A stretch of 64,000 nt of DNA from Mustelus asterias. Its lineage: Eukaryota. Position numbers and translations under genes: made by a program. How positions within the stretch are numbered: the first letter of the stretch is position 1; each line of letters begins with the position of its first letter. The stretch is taken from NCBI RefSeq assembly GCF_964213995.1, contig NW_027590139.1, forward strand, positions 310,001 to 374,000, read 5' to 3'. The notes under the pieces were generated by a model. That model made no database searches and was not told where the DNA came from. It saw only the letters and a list, made by a program, of their open reading frames with translations. Below are positions 40,740-52,988 of the stretch, piece by piece.

Positions 40740-42240
40740 TCTCTCACCCTCATCCACACTTACTCACTCACCCTCAGTCTCTCATCCTCACTCAAAGAAC
40801 TTGACTCACTCACCCTCACTTATCCACCTTCCCTCGCTGACACACTCTCACTCATTCATCCCCACTCACAAATCCCAACTCACTCATCCCAACTCACTCA
40901 TCCCAACTCACTCACCCTTGCTCACTCATCCACCCTCACACACTCAATTTCACACACTCAATCTCATACACTCAACTTCACACACTCAATCTCACGCACT
41001 CAACCTCAGAAACTCATTGATCCTCATTCACCCTGAGCCACTCACCCTCACACCCTCACACCCTCACTCACTCAAAATCACTCACACACATTCGCTCTCA
41101 CCCATCCTCACTCACTCACCCTCATTCACTCACATTCACACCCTCATTCACTCACCAGCACTCACTCACTCAGACTCACTCGCCCTCGCACACCCTCACT
41201 CATTCATCCTCATTCACTCACTGTCACTCAGTCACCCACACTCACACGCTATCACTCACTCAACCTCACTCACTAACCCTCAGTCACTCACTCAGAGCCT
41301 CAGTCACTCACCAACACTCATAGTCACCTTCGTTCACTCATCCCACTAACCCACCCTCACTCACCCAGTCTCACTCACTCAGCCCACTTCCCCATCCTCA
41401 CTTATCCAGTCTCACTCACTCTCACTCACCCTCACTCACCCCACTGACCCACCTTCACTCATCCAGTCTCAATCACTCTCACTCACTCACCGCACTTACC
41501 CTCCCTCACTCATCCAGTCTCAATCTCTCTCACTCACCCTCACTCACTCTCCCCACTTACCGACCCTCACTCACCCAGACGCACCCCCACACACTCAAGC
41601 TCAATCACCCTCTCTCTCTCACGTACGCCACCTGACCCATTCAAACTCACTGAGACTCACGCACCTACATTCACTCACACACCCTCACATATTCACCATC
41701 ACTCACGTTCACCCAACCTAACTCACAGATCCTCAATCACTCATCCTCAGTCAAACATCTTTACTCACTCACCTTCACTCACCCACCCATCTGCATTCAT
41801 TCTCCCTCAGACACTCTCACACACCACCCTCAATAACACACCCTGACTCACACACTCTCTCACCCTCACTTACTAAGTCACATTCACTCCTCACCCTCAT
41901 TCACTCGCTCTCACTCTCCCACCTTCACTAACCTTCACGCATCCTCACTCACACACCCTCATTCATTCTCTCTTACTGACACTCACTCACCCACCTTCAC
42001 TCACACATTAAGCCACCTTCACTCACCCACCCTCTCTCACACACCATCATTTACTCACGCTCTCTCACCCTCCCCCACACTCACTCACTCACCCTCAATC
42101 ACTCATCCTCACTGAAAGAACTTCACTCACTCACCCTCACTTACCCACCTTCCGTCACTCACACACCATCACTCATCCACTCTCACTGCTTCAATCACTC
42201 ACCCTCACGCACTCACATTCTCTCACTCACACTCGCTAAA
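40740..42240 (+). repeat. (CTCA)/(CACC)-type low-complexity tract, almost G-free on the top strand
   Basis: Degenerate ctcactcaccctcactca repeats. Confidence 0.95.
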
Positions 42241-42339
42241 CCTGTGTGTGGAGGTCTGCAACGAGAGAGAAGAAAGATCTCAAGTGGCAGTTTGGTGTTC
42301 AAATGTGGGAGCTGCCCTGCGAATGTGGAGAGCTGGGGG

Positions 42340-43090
42340 GAATCCCTGGGGTCTCAGGGCCAAGGACAATGGCAAAGAGCCGGGGAGAACAGGAGGCGTG
42401 CTAAAGGGCAGAGAGCCAGGGGGGAAGGGCAGAGAGCCTGGGGAATGGGCCCACAGCCGGGCAACAGGGCTGAGAGCCGGGAAAGGGTAGAGAGTCAGGA
42501 GAAAGCGCAGAGAGCCAGAAGAAAGGGCAGAGAGCTAATAGAAAGGGCAGGGAGCCAGGGGGGAAGGGCAGAGAGCCTGGGGAATGGGCCCACAGCCGGG
42601 CAACAGGGCTGAGAGCCGGGAAAGGGCAGAGAGCCAGAAGAAAGGGCAGAGAGCTAATAGAAAGGGCAGGGAGCCAGGTGAAAGGGCAGAGAACCAGGAG
42701 AAAGGGCAGAGGGACCAGGGAAAGAGGAGAGAGCCAGGATAAAGGGCAGGGAGGCCGGGGAAGGGACAGAGAGCCGAGAAAAAGGACAAGAGAGCCCAGA
42801 GGAAAGGGCAGAGAGTCAGGGGGAAAGTCAGAGAGTCAGGGGGAAAGGGCAGAGAGCCAGGGGAAAGGACAAAGTGGATATGGAGCAGGGACACCTGGCA
42901 GAGAGCCGGGGGAAAGGGTAGGGAGCTGAGGGAAAGGGCAGGGAGCCGGGGGAGAGGGGACAGAGCTGGAGGGAAGTGTAGAGAGCCAGGTGAAAGTGCG
43001 GAGAGCCGGGTGAAAGGGGAAAGGAGCCACAGGGAATAGCAGAGAGCCAGGGAAAAGCGCAGAGAGTCGGGGGAAATGGGCAGAGAGTGG
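42340..43090 (+). repeat. Purine/G-rich ~21-bp tandem array (GGGCAGAGAGCCAGGGGGAAA)
   Basis: Roughly 30 diverged units, with a higher-order internal duplication (~42405-42488 vs ~42545-42626). Confidence 0.92.
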
Positions 43091-44065
43091 GTGATCGACG
43101 GGCGGAGTGAGGATGTGCAAAATAGAGCTAGCACCACAACCAGATCATCTGTAATCTCAGTGAATAATGGAGGAGACGTCAGGGCCCCAATGGCCAACTC
43201 TTGCTATTAATGTATGACCCTTCAATTAGTCAATATTGCAATTATTTGAATTTGTAATCACATTGAGAGTTTCCTGGTCATTCAGTAAGTATTCATTCCG
43301 AAGGTAGTTTTGAAGCAAAGTCACTAATCTTCGTTTTGTGGAGTGAGGGGCAGTGAGTTGGAGAGAGGAAGGGACATCAGCTAGTTTGTACACAGGCAAT
43401 ATCCAAAACTACAATGTGGATATGCCGACGCTAGGTTGGGGTGGGGACAGTAAGGAGTCTCACAACACCAGGTTAAAGTACAACAGGCTTATTTGGAATC
43501 GTGAGCTTTTGGAGCTCTTGCATCAGGCGAGTGGCTGATATGAATGAAGAGACAACTTCTTCATCACAAAGTGCTGTTGTTTGAGAAATAGCTCGTGCCT
43601 GAAGTAATGGAGAAACTCTTTACACTTCTCTGTTAATCTAATGAATGGTATGTCATTACAATGACATCAAAATGTGTTTGTCTTTCCAATCTGATAGAGG
43701 TCGAGACAGTGATGTGAGTTTCTACAAAGATGGCGATTCTCAAATGATAGGAGTAACAGAAGCTGAAAGGTGTATGTAGGTCTTAATCGGGAAATATTAA
43801 GTTAAGTTCATAATTCTAGACAAATCGTGATGTAGAAACATAGAAAATAGAAGCAGGAGGAGGCCATTCGGCCCTCTGACCCTGCTCTACCATTCACTTT
43901 GATCACAGCTCATCAATATCCTGACCCCGTCTACTACCCATATCCATTGATCCCTTTAGCCCCAAGAGCTATACCTAATATAGAAACTTACTTGTATAAA
44001 TATGTTTGACTAATTAATAAACGCAAGTAAGAGTCTAACTTGTTCAATCGACTATTCTTTCCCAG

Positions 44066-44365
44066 CGACACCGTCTCCGCCCACTCTCTACAGCCTCGTC
44101 TCTTCCTGTCAGCAACACAACTCCGCTGGCTCCATCACCTACGGCTGTTTGGCGATGGACTACTCTCCAGATGTCTCCAAACTGACCTGGAAGAAAAATG
44201 GGCAGCTGATCGACACTGGATTTAAGACTTATCCATCAGTGAGAAACGCAAAGGGAACCTATACCTTGAGCAGCCAGTTAACCATCACCCAGTCAGTGGG
44301 AGAGTGCAGCAAAATCAACTGTGAGGTTCGACACAGCGACTCCGTCAAGAGCATTGGAATGCAAT
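44066..44365 (+). CDS. IGHM: IgM constant exon Cmu1
   Basis: CCCAG acceptor; [15 protein letters not shown]...[10 protein letters not shown]...WKKNG...SSQLTI...CEVRH; GTAAG donor at 44366; 300 nt, phase 1/1. Confidence 0.95.
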
Positions 44366-44499
44366 GTAAGTGTTGTGGAACTTGGGCAAGACAGGAACTC
44401 TGTGATTGAACTATATAAGGCCTTAGTTATAACTGATCTGTAGCATTCTGAGAAAAATTGAATTATGCAAAATCCAGGTAAGTGTCTACTGACTGAAAA

Positions 44500-45260
44500 G
44501 TTGTTCAGAACCAAAGAACAACAGGACTGTTACTATGCAGAATGAGGCCATTGAGCCCATCATATCTGTGCTGGCCAAAAGGGAGAACAAATAAACTAGC
44601 CAGACATTTTGAGCCCATTTTCCAGCCCTTGCGCCGTAGCCATGCAGGTTAAAGCACCTGAGATGCAGACGTAATGACCTTTTAAATGACCCTGGTAATT
44701 GAGCCCTCGACTTGGGGAATGAATTATTTCTGCCGACATCCCTTATAATTTTGTGAACCACAATTACGTCACGCTTCAGCCTCCTCTTTTTCTGAGGAGA
44801 AAAACCCCTGCCTATCCAATCTCGCCTCATGGCTGCAATTTTCAGGCCCTGGCAACATTCTTGTTAACCTCATCTCTCTCCAGAGTCATTACATCATTCC
44901 TGCAACGTGGTGACCAGAACTGAACAGCAAACTCCAAACGTGGCCTAACTAGCGTTTTATACAGCTCCATCATTGCATCACTGTTTTTGCATTCAATATC
45001 TCACATAATAGAGGAACTAATCCGATATGCTTTCTTGATCAACTTTTCCAGGTGCCCTCCCATCTACAAGGACCTGTGGACATGCACTCTAAGGTCTTGC
45101 ATTTCCTCAGTCCCTCTTAACATTCCAGTTTATTGCCTTGCTTTGTTTTCCCTCCCCAAATGCATTGTGTGGCACTTTTGACGGTTGAATTCCATTCGCC
45201 ATTTCCCTGCCAATTCAACCAAACCATGGATATAATTCTCAAATCGGCAGCTATGGTGCT
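44500..45260 (-). mobile_element. Old CR1-type LINE 3' end in the Cmu1-Cmu2 intron
   Basis: Minus-strand KRRLKRDVIVVHKII and CR1-type 3' UTR. Confidence 0.7.
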
Positions 45261-45332
45261 AAAATAAAAGAACTAATTTTAATTGGTGTCAATTGAATCT
45301 TCAAGTAACGTCTGAACATTTGTTTGTTGAAG

Positions 45333-45644
45333 GCCCACCCGTTCTCCCCCCAACCGTTATCCTCACCGTGAGTTCCAGTGAAGAAATCACCACCAGAAAA
45401 TTTGCAACCATCGTCTGTTCAATCATCGATTTCCAGCCAAAGTCAATGACGGTGAAGTGGCTGAAGAATGGACAACCCATGGATTCAGGAATTGTCACCT
45501 CTCCCGCCTATGAAGTGAACAGGAACTTCTCGGCCAGCAGTCGGCTGACAGTCTCCGCTCAGGAATGGATCAGCAAAGCGGTCTATACCTGCCAGGTCAC
45601 TCATGAAGAATTCACTCAGAGTCAGAACATCAGCGGATCTCTGG
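45333..45644 (+). CDS. IGHM: IgM constant exon Cmu2
   Basis: [30 protein letters not shown]...WLKNG...YTCQVTH; AG at 45331-32, GTAAG at 45645. Confidence 0.94.
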
Positions 45645-45819
45645 GTAAGAGACTCAAACCGAGGATAAAATATACCATTCCGATGTTAATCGGAATTAGG
45701 GGTCTATTAAAGTTAGTACAAAGCACAGAACAACTTCTAATTTACTGACATGTTGTTTGCTGCATTAGGACAGTGCCCCATTCAGAATTTCATCACAACA
45801 GCAATTTCTGTTATTCCTT

Positions 45820-46130
45820 CATGAGATCTGCATTTATTTCCCATCCCTGAGGGCACTTAAGTGTCAACCACATGGCTGTGGATCTGGAGTCACATGCATG
45901 CCAGGCCAGATAAAGACAGCAGATTTACTTTTTTAAAGGGCATTCGTGAACCAGGTGGGTTTTTACAACAACGGCTTCATGATGATCATTTGACTTTTAA
46001 TTATAGATTTTTATTGAATTCAAATTTCACCATTTGCAGTGGTGAGATTCGAATCCATGTCTCTTCAATTAGAGTCTTGTCCTCGGTCTCTTGGATTACA
46101 AGTCCATTGACAATACCACTGCCTCCCCTT
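45820..46130 (-). mobile_element. SINE in the Cmu2-Cmu3 intron, same family as ~18730-19062
   Basis: Colinear with 18730-19062 (ggctgtggatctggagtcacatg...ttcaaatttcaccat...gattcgaa). Confidence 0.7.
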
Positions 46131-46562
46131 GAAAGAGTGTTTCTTTCTATTTTGAAGTAACACAGTGAGCGAGATGGCCTTGATGTCAGCTTTTTTCCTG
46201 AGACGGCTGGTAAGATTTGGAGAAACAGTTGGTGTTGGACTGTTTCACAGGTCACAGCGGAGGGGTTAAATGTTAGAAAGTGCATTCACCCTAATAATAA
46301 ATCAATGACAAGTACTGTGTTCCTGAGTTGGGGCATGGTTTGGAATGCTGCAATGCTGATTCATGAGAATGATACCGCTGCTAAAATATTTTAATAAAGA
46401 GAATAATTTCACAGAACTAGCTGGTTTTCCAGCGTCTATAGAAGTTTAAAGGCGATACTTAGAGGTTGATATCTCGAAGGCGACTTTTTCTCCTTTAGGG
46501 TGAATACTGCTGTCCTGCTTCTGAAGAGGGAACTTGGGTTGATTTTCATTTGTCATTCACAG

Positions 46563-46871
46563 GTCCTTGCCAGTGCCATGATTCCACAGTGACGATACAG
46601 CCACCACCAATAGAACAGGTCTTACTGGAGGCAACAGTCACCTTAACCTGCATCATTTCTAATGCTCCTTATGGAGTCAACGTGTCCTGGATCCGAGACA
46701 GGAAGTATTTGAAATCAGAGATTGCCGAAAAGCCAGGAGCGGATCCTGACAGCGTGGTCAGCAAATTAAACATCTCGACAGAAGCCTGGCTGAGTGCAGC
46801 TGTGTTTCACTGCGTGGTGAGCCATCAGGATCTACCGACTCCTTTAAGAAAATCCATCCACAAGGAAACAG
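46563..46871 (+). CDS. IGHM: IgM constant exon Cmu3
   Basis: GPCQCHD...[14 protein letters not shown]...NVSW...[13 protein letters not shown]; CAG acceptor, GTGAG donor at 46872. Confidence 0.95.
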
Positions 46872-47366
46872 GTGAGCTGAGAGATTGAAGCAATAAATGC
46901 GTCACTGTGTCTATTTCCAGTGTAAGTGGACTGGTCAATATTCAGTATTCAGTGCATTAATGGTGTCCCCTGAGTGGAAACTCCACTAACTAAAGACTCT
47001 GGTCCTGCAGATAGTTTTACGGGGATATTTGATGTGTTGATGAATGAAAAGTGAACTGAAGGCGATGTTATTGGATTTAGATCGAATAAGGAGGGAGGAG
47101 TCTGATGTGGAGCATGAAAACCAATAAAAAAGCAGATCAGTTGGGCCGAAGAGCCTGATTCAGTGCTGTAAACTTTCTGAAACTTTCCAGTCCAACCCGC
47201 TGAGTTATTTGAGAAAACAATTGCGTTCAACTCTCCTCCAAGCTGGAAGTCAAAAATGGAAACATTTAAAATCGAAAGCGAAGCACATTTTTCTGATCCC
47301 TAGCCAGCAGTTTCATTGTCTCCAGAATCCTCCAGTTTATTGACATCTATTGTACTTTTTCTGCAG

Positions 47367-47758
47367 ATCCAAATCCACGGGAACCGTTCGTCTCTGTCCT
47401 CCTGCCCTCGGCAGAAGAAGTCTCCGCTCAGAGATTCGTCTCCCTCAGCTGCTTAGTGAGACGTTTCTCCCCGCGAGAGATCTTCGTCAAATGGACTGTC
47501 AACGACAAGCCAGTGAATCCTGGGAACTACAGGAACACCGAGGTGGTCGCGGAGAACGGCAATAGCTCCTTCTTCATGTACAGCCTGTTATCCATTGCAG
47601 CAGAGGAATGGTCCAGCGGTGCTTCTTACTCCTGTGTGGTGGGACATGAAGCCATCCCCTTGAAGATCATCAACAGAACAGTTGACAAATCCAGCGGTAA
47701 ACCCAGTTTTGTGAACATTTCCCTTGCACTGATGGACACCGTTAATTCATGTCAATGA
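47367..47758 (+). CDS. IGHM: IgM constant exon Cmu4 plus secretory tailpiece
   Basis: CTGCAG acceptor; ...SLSCLV...FVKW...[11 protein letters not shown]...[24 protein letters not shown]. Tailpiece has an NIS sequon and penultimate Cys. Internal G|GTAAA donor after 47696 serves the membrane form. Confidence 0.96.
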
Positions 47759-47785
47759 GAATCATTCGCTTACATTAAAAACTTC

Positions 47786-47800
47786 AATAAAAATAATAAA
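47786..47800 (+). terminator. Polyadenylation signals for the secreted mu transcript
   Basis: AATAAA at 47786-91 and 47795-800, ~30 nt after the tailpiece stop. Confidence 0.8.
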
Positions 47801-48889
47801 ATATTTTTCCTCTAACGATAAATGAAATAGCCAAACGCCTAATTGATTGTTTTTCAGTTTTACTTCCATTAGATATCTTTGGTTTGAGTCAGATATTTTC
47901 AGGTCTCAGGCCCAAGTCTTGTTGAACCAGTGCACCCAGCTCAGATACACCCTGTGTTCGAGACAAAGTAGAGCGCATTCATTACAGGATTCTGCAAAAT
48001 ATCTTCACCGACTTTCCTCCCACTGAGGAGAAATCTGACAATTTCAACATTTCTGACAAACGAACACAACATTTAGATCTCGGTGTTCCTGCTTCTCTCG
48101 TTGTCCATGCCTTTACGCATTGATGTCAGCTTTAAGCTGCTGCACCACACCCACTGTGAACTGGAGTGAGGGTCACACAGAAACAGGGAGCAACAATCCC
48201 CCCATCAGAGAGAGGGAGAGTGAAATTGTTAACATCCCGGATTCCTACTCACCCAACAAAGAGAGGGGAGGAGCAGTAGCTAACCCATGTACCATCAGTT
48301 CCTCAATGAAAAGAGGAGGAATGGCCTTATTTAATCCACTGTACCTCCACCTCCTCTGTGGTTAGAACCTTCAGGGACATTGCTTCACCAGGTAGAGAGA
48401 GGGAAATTATGAGCCCACTCTCCTCACTCTCCCCAAGTAGCGTGTTTGGAAGGGAACGGCTCTCTACTATAAGGACTCAGTTGTCAACAGTACAAATTAG
48501 CTTCCGTTTACTTGCTGCAGATTTTGAAGTATCATTATCATTATCAAAGTGTCATTGAAGTATATAATACACATATACTTATATACATATATACTTATGC
48601 AACATAATTTAAAAATGTTGCAACACTCTTGTTCCTGTTAATCATGTGCTGGCATTGATTTCCCAGAATACAAATTTAAACAAATAATAGAATCCTCCCC
48701 GGTTTTCACTGTTCTGTCACTGAGGTTTCTGAGATGCATCAATGAATTATTTCATTCGCTCTCCTGATATCACCGTGCCACTCACATAAAAGGAATTTAT
48801 ACAGCAAACACTGAAAATGTACTCCATTATTCATATTGTTTGGATCATGTTCAGTTAATGATTGCCGGTGAAACTTGAAGCAACAGTTA

Positions 48890-50290
48890 AAAAATACACA
48901 CACTGACAATACCGCACAAAACTGTCACAATTATAAATACACACATAGGCGTACACATACACACACACACAGACACACACACACATCGACACAAATGCAC
49001 AAATACACGCACAAATACACATACTCACAAATATGCACACAAATGCAGAAAGACACATGTAAATACACACACACAAATGCATGCACATATACAGAAATAC
49101 GGACAGGCGCATTCAAATACAGACATAGAAGCACACATACACAGCACATACACATGCACAGAACACACAGATACATGCATACACACAGATACACTTTCAC
49201 AGACCATAGGTACATGCAATACTTGCACAAACGTACACACATGCAGAGAAACAAGAATGCGCACACAAATGCACTCATGGACAACGCAGGCACAAACAAA
49301 AATACACACACAAATACACACAGACACAAATACACCCACACAAAAATACACCCATACATAAATACATCCGTACACAAATATACGTAGGTACACACACATA
49401 TTCTCTCACTCACACACACACACACACACACACACACGGATACATAGACTCGCGCTTGTACAAATAGGCACTAAAACAACAACATACGTAGATAATCAAA
49501 CATGACAAACGCACACAGATACACATAAAACACACAAGTACATACACATTCACATACGTGAGTAGGTACACAGACCCAAACACAAACACATACATGCAGA
49601 GACACAATACAGACAGATACACACGCATGCAGACCCACATAAATAGACAAGCACATATATCATCTCAAATAAATACATATATTAGCACACATTCACGCTG
49701 ACAGGAATATAGATATAAAGACGCACAATGTTATACACATTAACAAACATACATGGAAATATATATAAACAAATTAGCAGACTGCATATAGATGAACAGA
49801 CTGCAAAACATTTCCACGCAAACATGTAGACGCAAACATTAACATACTCATACAGAACAGAACACCATAGCACACATTACTACACATCGAAACACAAGCA
49901 TACATCAACACACCGTTATAAAGAACTATCAACACGTATATACATGTACTGACCTGTTAACAGACATGCACACAGACACACGGAGAGACAGACGCACACA
50001 GAAAGGGAAACAAACATTACTAGAGTGACAGAAATTAACACATAGCAATAGGCATAAACACACGTGTGCCCATTAAGAATGGCGTTAATAAATATTCATA
50101 CACTTCACACAATAATAGAGTCATACATACACAATGACAGAAGAATAAAATATACACACAGATGCAGACAACTTCACAAATCAACAACCATAGGCAAATG
50201 AACACGTACATTAACACTCTTGCACACATATTAACTCAGAGCCAAAGAATAATGCAGACCAGGAGGTGCTCATGCACACGCACACAAACG
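48890..50290 (+). repeat. CA/TA-rich low-complexity tract in the Cmu4-TM1 intron
   Basis: Degenerate (CA)n including a pure run at ~49411-49437. Confidence 0.92.
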
Positions 50291-50860
50291 CATGATCTTA
50301 AATACAAACGGTAGGCAAATGATGAATGTAAAATTTAAAGGTGATTTTTTAATGCACATATCCACAGATTAACTATCCAAATGTACAATGAACAGACAAA
50401 CACGTTGAGAAGCTGAATTAAGCTCATGATCTATTTCCACCATAAAGAAGCACAGATCGGAAATTACATCCCAAGTCGTAAACAACAACATTTAGTTTTA
50501 TAGATCAGTAACCATCTGTGAAAACAATCATTGATCAGTGAACGTTCCTCGATATCAGTCATAACATTGTTCAATAAGGGATAGTGGCAAATAGTTCAAA
50601 AATGAACTGACACTCAATTAAACATCTTCAGTGTTTTCTGACATGGACTGTCCAAGGAATGTCAATAAAGATCAGGTGTGAAAATAGTTACGGAGATCGG
50701 TTACTGAGTGTCCTGAATTTAACAGTAGATACACATTGAAAATTAAATTCGAGATTAAATGAACAGCTTAAAAAGGAGAACGGGGCACATAAAAATAACA
50801 ATAAGATCACCTGGATAAATAAAGTAATCTAATTTCAGTTCCCTGGTCTCCGTCCCCTAG

Positions 50861-50988
50861 ACTCCACCGACCGCGTCTGGATTGACGACAATGAGGATGA
50901 TAACAGCAACATCTGGACAACCGCTTCTACATTCATCGTGCTGTTCTTCCTGAGCATTTTCTACAGCACTGCAGTCACTCTGGTGAAG
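50861..50988 (+). CDS. IGHM: IgM transmembrane exon TM1
   Basis: CCCCTAG acceptor; DSTDRVWIDDNEDDNSNIWTTASTFIVLFFLSIFYSTAVTLVK (acidic spacer plus CART-type TM motif); GTGAG donor at 50989. Confidence 0.95.
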
Positions 50989-51128
50989 GTGAGATGATTC
51001 AATTCACTCACATTTCAAACTGGCAGAATGTATTTGAAAAAATTCTCAATGTTTCGCTGATTAAAAACTCTAACATTAATGTCCCGCATCATCAACATCT
51101 GCTTCATTATTGTATCTTTCTTTTACAG

Positions 51129-51137
51129 ATCAAATGA
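51129..51137 (+). CDS. IGHM: IgM TM2 exon, coding part (IK-stop)
   Basis: Polypyrimidine tract + TTTACAG, then ATC AAA TGA; AATAAA at 51379-84. Confidence 0.85.
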   Translation: MK

Positions 51138-52579
51138 TGGGTTGAATTTTGGAAGCTGCAGATTTCCTGCAGCTGATTATCAAGATCTCTGTATGGATCA
51201 AATACAATATCTGCTCTCGGTGACTCTATCAGTAAAATTCTCTCAGTTTATCATTCTGAATCTGTAACTGAGGCAATCATAGACGTTAATTCAGTTTTCA
51301 GTGTGAAATGTACGAGGCATTTTTTGTTATAATGTAATTGTGGTTAATAGTTTCCCCGTAGTTTAAAGATCATGTATAAATAAAAAACTTTTCTCATTCC
51401 TTATTCACATTTGATAATTCCTCTTTCTATTAAGGTCCTGTTTTCTCTTTCTGGTGTATGTAACAGATGTACAGATACTGACGGATTCCCTGTGCATCTG
51501 TTCTGTTCTCAATGTGAAGCTCGATCGTTATGTTCACTTTTCTAACTTTAAAAAAATAATATTGCTGTAAAATATTCTCTGAATTTTTAAAATAAATATT
51601 GAATGAAATTTTAACCATCTCTGGCTTGGCTTAATTCCGTTCTCCAAAACACATCAACTCCGTCCCATTTTCCCTATTATACGGTTTCCTCTCTTTCCCA
51701 GATAGGGATTTTCCCCAGTCATATGTGGGATGTGGTTGAACTCAATGCCCTTTCGTGAAAGAGTCACTGCGCCACCCAGTGACCCATCCGTGTAAATACA
51801 CCTTCATCTCTGCCTTTTTATGATAAAATGCAGATACAGAATGAATGAATAATGAGGAGAACCGCGGTGATTTCACGCATAAACTGGTCTGTCACTGACG
51901 AGTTTCAGGTAATTCTAAACAGCAAAAGGCTCATTCATTAGAGGCCGATGCAGGACAGTGTGTGGCAGAAGATAGTTTCCTATACACTGTCCCTTAAAAA
52001 CACTATCAGTGTCGCTGCAGCGTGGGTTAACAGAGTGTATCTCTCTATATATCGTCCGATGAAATACTTCCCAGGCAGGCAAACCACAAGCTAGATAGAG
52101 AACACATACAGAACAGATGTGCAAACCATGGGGTGAAACCAAGAGAATGAGGTGTATTTCACATAAGCACATCATCGATTGCAAATTTCCAAATTATGAC
52201 TAATGTTGTGGGATAATTTGAGATGACCAATACTGTCGTTAACTACAGACAATATAAAACTCACGAGGCAGGTATCTCTGTGTGAGGAGGTCAAAATGAA
52301 CATTCCCACCGGCTCATTTCCAAAACTGGATAGACACGTGATCCTGAGTCCCAGTACGATCTGTTCTATGTCTAAACATTGAATGTCCCCATTCATAAAG
52401 TTGCAAAATGTGTTCCCTCGCCAGAAACTTTCAGATATTAATTCTGCAACTACTAAGGTTCCCAGGCCATTGGCTCTCAACTCTTCGATTTGTCATCATA
52501 CCTTACAGTGACTTGCTTTTGGTTGAAATGAACAATAATTCATTCAATACATAAATTACATTTAAAATATGAGCATATA

Positions 52580-52988
52580 TGTTTTATAATGGTCGGCTTA
52601 TGATGAAAGTGAGGAGGTGTGGGATAGAGGGAAAGTTGGCCGATTGGATAGGTAACTGGCTGTCTGATCGAAGACAGAGGGTGGTGGTGGATGGAAAATT
52701 TTCGGATTGGAGGCAGGTTGCTAGCGGAGTGCCACAGGGATCAGTGCTTGGTCCTCTGCTCTTTGTGATTTTTATTAATGACTTAGAGGAGGGGGCTGAA
52801 GGGTGGATCAGTAAATTTGCTGATGACACCAAGATTGGTGGAGTAGTGGATGAGGTGGAGGGCTGCAAAGAGACATAGATAGGATGCAAAGCTGGGCTGA
52901 ATAATGGCAAATGGAGTTTAACCCTGATAAATGTGAGGTGATTCATTTTGGTAGGTCTAATTTAAATGTGGATTACAGGGTTAAAGGC
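52580..52988 (+). mobile_element. CR1-type RT internal fragment
   Basis: [13 protein letters not shown]...[13 protein letters not shown]...[10 protein letters not shown]. Confidence 0.9.

Noticed and set aside
40648-43197. 233-aa and 220-aa ORFs in the J-C intron
   Set aside because: Stop-poor low-complexity repeats with no domain or splice evidence.
48855-50229. Cys/Val/Tyr- or His/Thr-rich ORFs
   Set aside because: (CA)/(TG) repeat translations.
31431-51137. IgNAR or IgW identity for the cluster
   Set aside because: Conventional VH with full FR2/CDR2, two D segments, four C domains and a mu-type tailpiece indicate IgM.
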